From Eledone cirrhosa (taxonomy: Eukaryota): 64,000 nt of DNA. Location: contig OZ024740.1 in assembly GCA_964016885.1 (NCBI GenBank), positions 41,664,001 to 41,728,000 on the forward strand. The letters are read 5' to 3'. The notes beneath the pieces are model-generated. The model was not told the origin of the DNA and made no database searches. It was given only the letters and a program-made list of their open reading frames with translations. The translations under genes and the position numbers were made by a program. The stretch's first letter is position 1. Every line of letters begins with the position of its first letter. Of this stretch, positions 56,301-64,000 are shown one piece after another.

Positions 56301-59300
56301 GGTGCATGACACACCTGTCCATAGACTGGTGCATTACACACCTGTCCATAGACTGGTGCATGACACACCTATCCATAGACTGGTGCATGACACACCTGTC
56401 CATAGAATGGGGCATGACACACCTGTCCAGAGACTGGTGCATGACACACCTGTCCATAGACTGGTGCATGACACACCTGTCCATAGACTGGTGCATTACA
56501 CACCTGTCCATAGACTGGTGCATGACACACCTATCCATAGACTGGTGCATGACACACCTGTCCATAGACTGGTGCATGACACACCTGTCCATAGACTGGT
56601 GCATGACACACCTGTCCATAGACTGGTGCATGACACACCTATCCATAGACTGGTGCATGACACACCTGTCCATAGACTGGTGCATGACACACCTGTCCAT
56701 AGACTGGTGCATGACACACCTATCCATAGACTGGTGCATGACACACCTGTCCATAGACTGGTACATTACACACCTATCCATAGACTGGTGCATGACACAC
56801 CTGTCCATAGACTGGTGCATTACACACCTGTCCATAGACTGGTGCATGACACACCTATCCATAGACTGGTGCATGACACACCTGTCCATAGACTGGTACA
56901 TTACACACCTATCCATAGACTGGTGCATGACACACCTGTCCATAGACTGGTGCATGACACACCTGTCCATACACTGGTTCATGACACACCTATCCATAGA
57001 CTGGTGCATGACACACCTGTCCATAGACTGGTGCATTACACACCTGTCCATAGACTGGTGCATGACACACCTATCCATAGACTGGTGCATGACACACCTG
57101 TCCATAGAATGGGGCATGACACACCTGTCCAGAGACTGGTGCATGACACACCTGTCCATAGACTGCTGCATGACACACCTGTCCATAGACTGGTGCATGA
57201 CACACCTGTCCATAGACTGGTGCATTACACACCTGTCCATAGACTGGTGCATGACACACCTATCCATAGACTGGTGCATGACACACCTGTCCATAGACTG
57301 GTGCATGACACACCTGTCCATAGACTGGTGCATGACACACCTGTCCATAGACTGGTGCATGACACACCTATCCATAGACTGGTGCATGACACACCTGTCC
57401 ATAGACTGGTGCATGACACACCTGTCCATAGACTGGTGCATGACACACCTGTCCATAGACTGGGGCATGACACACCTGTCCATAGACTGGGGCATGACAC
57501 ACCTGTCCATAGACTGGTGCATGACACACCTGTCCAGAGACAGGTGCATGACACACCTGTCCATAGACTGCTGCATGACACACCTGTCCATAGACTGGTA
57601 CATTACACACCTGTCCATAGACTGGTGCATGACACACCTATCCATAGACTGGTGCATGACACACCTGTCCATAGACTGGTGCATGACACACCTGTCCATA
57701 GACTGGTGCATGACACACCTATCCATAGACTGGTGCATGACACACCTGTCCATAGACTGGGGCATGACACACCTGTCCAGAGACAGGTGCATGACACACC
57801 TGTCCATAGACTGCTGCATGACACACCTGTCCATAGACTGGTACATTACACACCTGTCCATAGACTGGTGCATGACACACCTATCCATAGACTGGTGCAT
57901 GACACACCTGTCCATAGACTGGTGCATGACACACCTGTCCATAGACTGGTGCATGACACACCTATCCATAGACTGGTGCATGACACACCTGTCCATAGAC
58001 TGGTGCATGACACACCTGTCCATAGACTGGTGCATGACACACCTGTCCATAGACTGGGGCATGACACACCTGTCCAGAGACAGGTGCATGACACACCTGT
58101 CCATAGACTGCTGCATGATACACCTGTCCATAGACTGGTACATTACACACCTGTCCATAGACTGGTGCATGACACACCTATCCATAGACTGGTGTATGAC
58201 ACACCTGTCCATAGACTGGTGCATGACACACCTATCCATAGACTGGTGCATGACACACCTGTCCATAGACTGGGGCATGACACACCTGTCCATAGACTGG
58301 TGCATGACACACCTGTCCATAGACTGGTGCATGACACACCTGTCCATAGACTGGTGCATGACACACCTGTCCATAGACTGGTGCATGACACACCTATCCA
58401 TAGACTGGTGCATGACACACCTGTCCATAGACTGGTGCATGACACACCTATCCATAGACTGGTGCATTTCACACCTGTCCATAGAGTGGTGCATGACACA
58501 CCTGTCCATAGACTGGTGCATGACACACCTATCCATAGACTGGTGCATTTCACACCTGTCCATAGAGTGGTGCATGACACACCTATACAGAGACTGGTGC
58601 ATGACACACCTGTCCATAGACTGGTGCATGACACACCTATCCATAGACTGGTGCATTTCACACCTATCCAGAGACTGGTGCATGACACACCTGTCCATAG
58701 ACTGGTGCATGACACACCTATCCATAGACTGGGGCATGACACACCTGTCCATAGACTGGTGCATGACACACCTATCCATAGACTGGTGCATGACACACCT
58801 GTCCATAGACTGGTGCATGACACACCTATCCATAGACTGGTGCATGACACACCTGTCCATAGACTGGTGCATGACACACCTATCCATAGACTGGTGCATT
58901 TCACACCTATCCAGAGACTGGTGCATGACACACCTGTCCATAGACTGGTGCATGACACACCTATCCATAGACTGGTGCATGACACACCTATCCATAGACT
59001 GGTGCATGACACACCTATCCATAGACTGGTGCATGACACACCTGTCCATAGACTGGTGCATGACACACCTATCCATAGACTGGTGCATTTCACACCTATC
59101 CAGAGACTGGTGCATGACACACCTGTCCATAGACTGGTGCATGACACACCTATCCATAGACTGGGGCATGACACACCTGTCCATAGACTGGTGCATGACA
59201 CACCTATCCATAGACTGGTGCATGACACACCTGTCCATAGACTGGTGCATGACACACCTATCCATAGACTGGTGCATGACACACCTGTCCATAGACTGGT

Positions 59301-62300
59301 GCATGACACACCTGTCCATAGACTGGTGCATGACACACCTGTCCATAGACTGGTGCATGACACACCTGTCCATAGACTGGTGCATGACACACCTATCCAT
59401 AGACTGGTGCATGACACACCTGTCCATAGACTGGTGCATGACACACCTATCCATAGACTGGTGCATTTCACACCTGTCCATAGAGTGGTGCATGACACAC
59501 CTGTCCATAGACTGGTGCATGACACACCTATCCATAGACTGGTGCATTTCACACCTGTCCATAGAGTGGTGCATGACACACCTATACAGAGACTGGTGCA
59601 TGACACACCTGTCCATAGACTGGTGCATGACACACCTATCCATAGACTGGTGCATTTCACACCTATCCAGAGACTGGTGCATGACACACCTGTCCATAGA
59701 CTGGTGCATGACACACCTATCCATAGACTGGGGCATGACACACCTGTCCATAGACTGGTGCATGACACACCTATCCATAGACTGGTGCATGACACACCTG
59801 TCCATAGACTGGTGCATGACACACCTATCCATAGACTGGTGCATGACACACCTGTCCATAGACTGGTGCATGACACACCTATCCATAGACTGGTGCATTT
59901 CACACCTATCCAGAGACTGGTGCATGACACACCTGTCCATAGACTGGTGCATGACACACCTATCCATAGACTGGTGCATGACACACCTATCCATAGACTG
60001 GTGCATGACACACCTATCCATAGACTGGTGCATGACACACCTGTCCATAGACTGGTGCATGACACACCTATCCATAGACTGGTGCATTTCACACCTATCC
60101 AGAGACTGGTGCATGACACACCTGTCCATAGACTGGTGCATGACACACCTATCCATAGACTGGGGCATGACACACCTGTCCATAGACTGGTGCATGACAC
60201 ACCTATCCATAGACTGGTGCATGACACACCTGTCCATAGACTGGTGCATGACACACCTATCCATAGACTGGTGCATGACACACCTGTCCATAGACTGGTG
60301 CATGACACACCTATCCATAGACTGGTGCATGTAACACCTATCCATAGATTGGTGCATAACACACCTATCTATAGACTGGTGCCTGACACACCTGTCCATA
60401 GACTGGTGCATGACACACCTGTCCATAGACTGGTGCATTACACACCTATCCAGAGACTGGTGCATGACACACCTGTCCATAGACTGGTGCATGTAACACC
60501 TATCCATAGATTGGTGCATAACACACCTATCTATAGACTGGTGCCTGACACACCTGTCCATAGACTGGTGCATGACACACCTGTCCATAGACTGGTGCAT
60601 TACACACCTATCTATAGACTGGTGCCAGACACACCTGTCCATAGACTGGTGCATGACACACCTGTCCATAGACTGGTGCATGACACACCTGTCCATAGAC
60701 TGGTGCATGACACACCTGTCCATAGACTGGTGCATGACACACCTCTCCATAGACTGGTGAATGACACACCTCTCCATAGACTGGCGCATGACACACCTGT
60801 CCATAGACTGGTGCATGACACACCTGTCCATAGACTGGTGCATGACACACCTATCCATAGACTGGTGCATGACACACCTCTCCATAGACTGCTGCATGAC
60901 ACACCTGTCCATAGACTGGTGCATGACACACCTATCCATAGACTGGTGCATGACACACCTGTCCATACACTGGTGCATGACACACCTATCCATACACTGG
61001 TGCACGACACACCTATCCATACACTGGGGCATGACACACCTATCCATAGACTGGTGCATGACACACCTGTACATAGACTGGTGCATGACACACCTGTCCA
61101 TAGACTGGTGCATTACACACCTGTCCATAGACTGGTGCATTACACACCTGTCCATAGACTGGTGCATGACACACCTGTCCATAGACTGGTGCATGACACA
61201 CCTGTCCATAGACTGGTGCATGACACACCTGTCCATAGACTGGTGCATGACACACCTGTCCATAGACTGGGGCATGACACACCTGTCCAGAGACTGGTGC
61301 ATGACACACCTGTCCATAGACTGCTGCATGACACACCTGTCCATAGACTGGTACATGACACACCTGTCCATAGACTGGTGCATTACACACCTGTCCATAG
61401 ACTGCTGCATGACACACCTGTCCATAGACTGGTGCATGACACACCTGTCCATAGACTGGTGCATTACACACCTGTCCATAGACTGGTGCATTACACACCT
61501 GTCCATAGACTGGTGCATTACACATCTGTCCATAGACTGGTGCATTACACACCTATCCAGAGACTGGTGCATGACACACCTATCCATAGACTGGTGCATG
61601 ACACACCTGTCCATACACTGGTGCATTACACACCTATCCATAGACTGGTGCATTACACACCTGTCCATAGACTGGTGCATGACACACCTATCCAGAGACT
61701 GGTGCATGACACACCTATCCATAAACTGGTGCATGACACACCTGTCCATACACTGGTGCATTACACACCTGTCCATAGACTGGTGCATTACACACCTGTC
61801 CATAGACTGGTGCATTACACACCTGTCCATAGACTGGTGCATTACACACCTATCCAGAGACTGGTGCATGACACACCTATCCATAGACTGGTGCATGACA
61901 CACCTGTCCATACACTGGTGCATTACACACCTGTCCATAGACTGGTGCATTACACACCTGTCCATAGACTGGTGCATGACACACCTATCCATAGACTGGT
62001 GCATGACGCACCTATCCATAGACTGGTGCATGACACACCTATCCAGAGACTGGTGCATTACACACCTATCCATAGACTGGTGCATTACACACCTGTCCAT
62101 AGACTGGTGCATGACACACCTATCCAGAGACTGGTGCATGACACACCTATCCAGAGACTGGTGCATGACACACCTGTCCATACACTGGTGCATTACACAC
62201 CTGTCCATAGACTGGTGCATTACACACCTGTCCATAGACTGGTGCATTACACATCTGTCCATAGACTGGTGCATGACACACCTATCCAGAGACTGGTGCA

Positions 62301-63620
62301 TGACACACCTGTCCATACACTGGTGCATGACACACCTATCCATAGACTGGTGCATGACACACCTGTCCATACACTGGTGCATGACACACCTGTCCATAGA
62401 CTGGTGCATGACACACCTATCCATAGACTGGTGCATGACACACCTGTCCATACACTGGTGCATGACACACCTGTCCATAGACTGGTGCATGACACACCTA
62501 TCCATAGACTGGTGCATGACACACCTGTCCATAGACTGGTGCATGACACACCTATCCATAGACTGGTGCATGACACACCTGTCCATACACTGGTGCATGA
62601 CACACCTGTCCATAGACTGGTGCATGACACACCTGTCCATAGACTGGTGCATGACACACCTATCCATAGACTGGTGCATGACACACCTGTCCATAGACTG
62701 GTGCATGACACACCTGTCCAGAGACTGGTGCATGACACACCTGTCCATAGACTGGTGCATGACACACCTGTCCATAGACTGGTGCATTACACACCTGTCC
62801 ATAGACTGGTGCATGACACACCTGTCCATAGACTGCTGCATTACACACCTGTCCATAGACTGGTGCATGACACACCTATCCATACACTGGTGCATGACAC
62901 ACTTGTCCATAGACTGGTGCATGACACACCTGTCCATACACTGGTGCATGACACACCTATCCATAGACTGGTGCATTACACACCTGTCCATAGACTGGTG
63001 CATGACACACCTATCCATAGACTGGTGCATGACACACCTATCCATAGACTGGTGCCTGACACACCTATCCATAGACAGGTGCATGACACACCTATCCATA
63101 GACTGGTGCATGACACACCTATCCATAGACTGGTGCATGACACACCTATCCATAGACTGGTGCATGACACACCTGTCCATAGACTGGTGCATGACACACC
63201 TATCCATAGACTGGTGTTTGATACACCTGTCCATAGACTGGTGCATGACACACCTGTCCATAGACTGGTGCATGACACACCTGTCCATAGACTGCTGCAT
63301 TACACACCTATCCATAGACTGGTGCATGACACACCTGTCCATAGACTGCTGCATTACACACCTATCCATAGACTGGTGCATGACACACCTGTCCATAGAC
63401 TGGTGCATGACACACCTATCCATAGACTGGTGCATGATACCCCTGTCCATAGACTGGTGCATGACACACCTGTCCATAGACTGGTGCATTACACACCTAT
63501 CCATAGACTGGTGCATGACACACCTGTCCATAGACTGGTGCATGACACACCTGTCCATAGACTGGTGCATGACACACCTGTCCATAGACTGGTGCATGAC
63601 ACACCTGTCCATAGACTGGT
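50340..63620. repeat. Higher-order ~97-monomer block (2619 bp) in tandem at ~50340-55580, with a third copy at ~61390-63620
   Basis: ORF-track triplets 51123/53742/62247 and 51852/54471/62976 (offsets 2619 and 8505, both multiples of 27). Block boundaries are approximate. Confidence 0.88.
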
Positions 63621-64000
63621 GCATGACACACCTGTCCATAGACTGGTGCATGACACACCTGTCCATAGACTGGTGCATGACACACCTATCCATAGACTGG
63701 TGCATGACACACCTGTCCATAGACTGGTGCATGACACACCTATCCATAGACTGGTGCATTTCACACCTGTCCATAGAGTGGTGCATGACACACCTGTCCA
63801 TAGACTGGTGCATGACACACCTATCCATAGACTGGTGCATTTCACACCTGTCCATAGAGTGGTGCATGACACACCTATACAGAGACTGGTGCATGACACA
63901 CCTGTCCATAGACTGGTGCATGACACACCTATCCATAGACTGGTGCATTTCACACCTATCCAGAGACTGGTGCATGACACACCTGTCCATAGACTGGTGC

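Larger units (their letters stand above)
17564..64000. repeat. 27-bp satellite array, ~1,720 head-to-tail monomers, running off the window end
   Basis: Consensus CTGGTGCATGACACACCT(G/A)TCCATAGA. Three degenerate edge units (17564-17644). Five 25-bp units at 22640, 24366, 28684, 30410 and 33432. No non-satellite insertion seen. Confidence 0.99.

Noticed and set aside
17603-63990. Dozens of giant ORFs (WCMTHLSID, LVHDTPVHR, SCTSLWTGV, CHAPVYGQV repeats) as genes
   Set aside because: 27 is a multiple of 3 and the monomer lacks stops in 4-5 of 6 frames, so overlapping ORFs on both strands are expected. They are not annotated as CDS.
34348-63990. Reflectin-like identity for the Met/Asp/Arg-rich MHQSMDRCV repeat
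   Set aside because: It shares only the MD dipeptide and lacks the Tyr/Trp/Gly-rich MD(X)5 reflectin motif and linker architecture.
17564-64000. CRISPR array interpretation of the 27-bp repeats
   Set aside because: Monomers are head-to-tail with no unique spacers, there are no cas genes, and the context is eukaryotic LINEs.

Overview
Eukaryotic, AT-rich, repeat-dominated window from an animal genome. A mollusc or cephalopod source is plausible but is only an inference. (1) 1-13.5 kb is a gap-free chain of five non-LTR retrotransposon copies joined by (AAT)n tracts: a decayed Dong/R4-clade RLE element (+); a nearly intact two-ORF Tx1/L1-type element (-, 3386-9277) sitting in phase inside (AAT)n; a 5'-truncated second Dong/R4 family (+); a 600-bp 3' fragment of the first family (+); and a 5'-truncated CR1-type element (-) whose (ATT)n tail abuts the chain. 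(2) 13.5-17.5 kb is AT-rich non-coding DNA with micro- and minisatellites and a possible minus-strand exon (17335-17525). (3) 17564 to the window end is a >46-kb array of about 1,720 copies of a 27-bp monomer (CTGGTGCATGACACACCTRTCCATAGA). It has internal dyad symmetry, degenerate edge units, only five detected indels and nested higher-order duplications. The giant ORFs in the track are most likely a by-product of the stop-poor monomer. No conventional host gene can be called with confidence.
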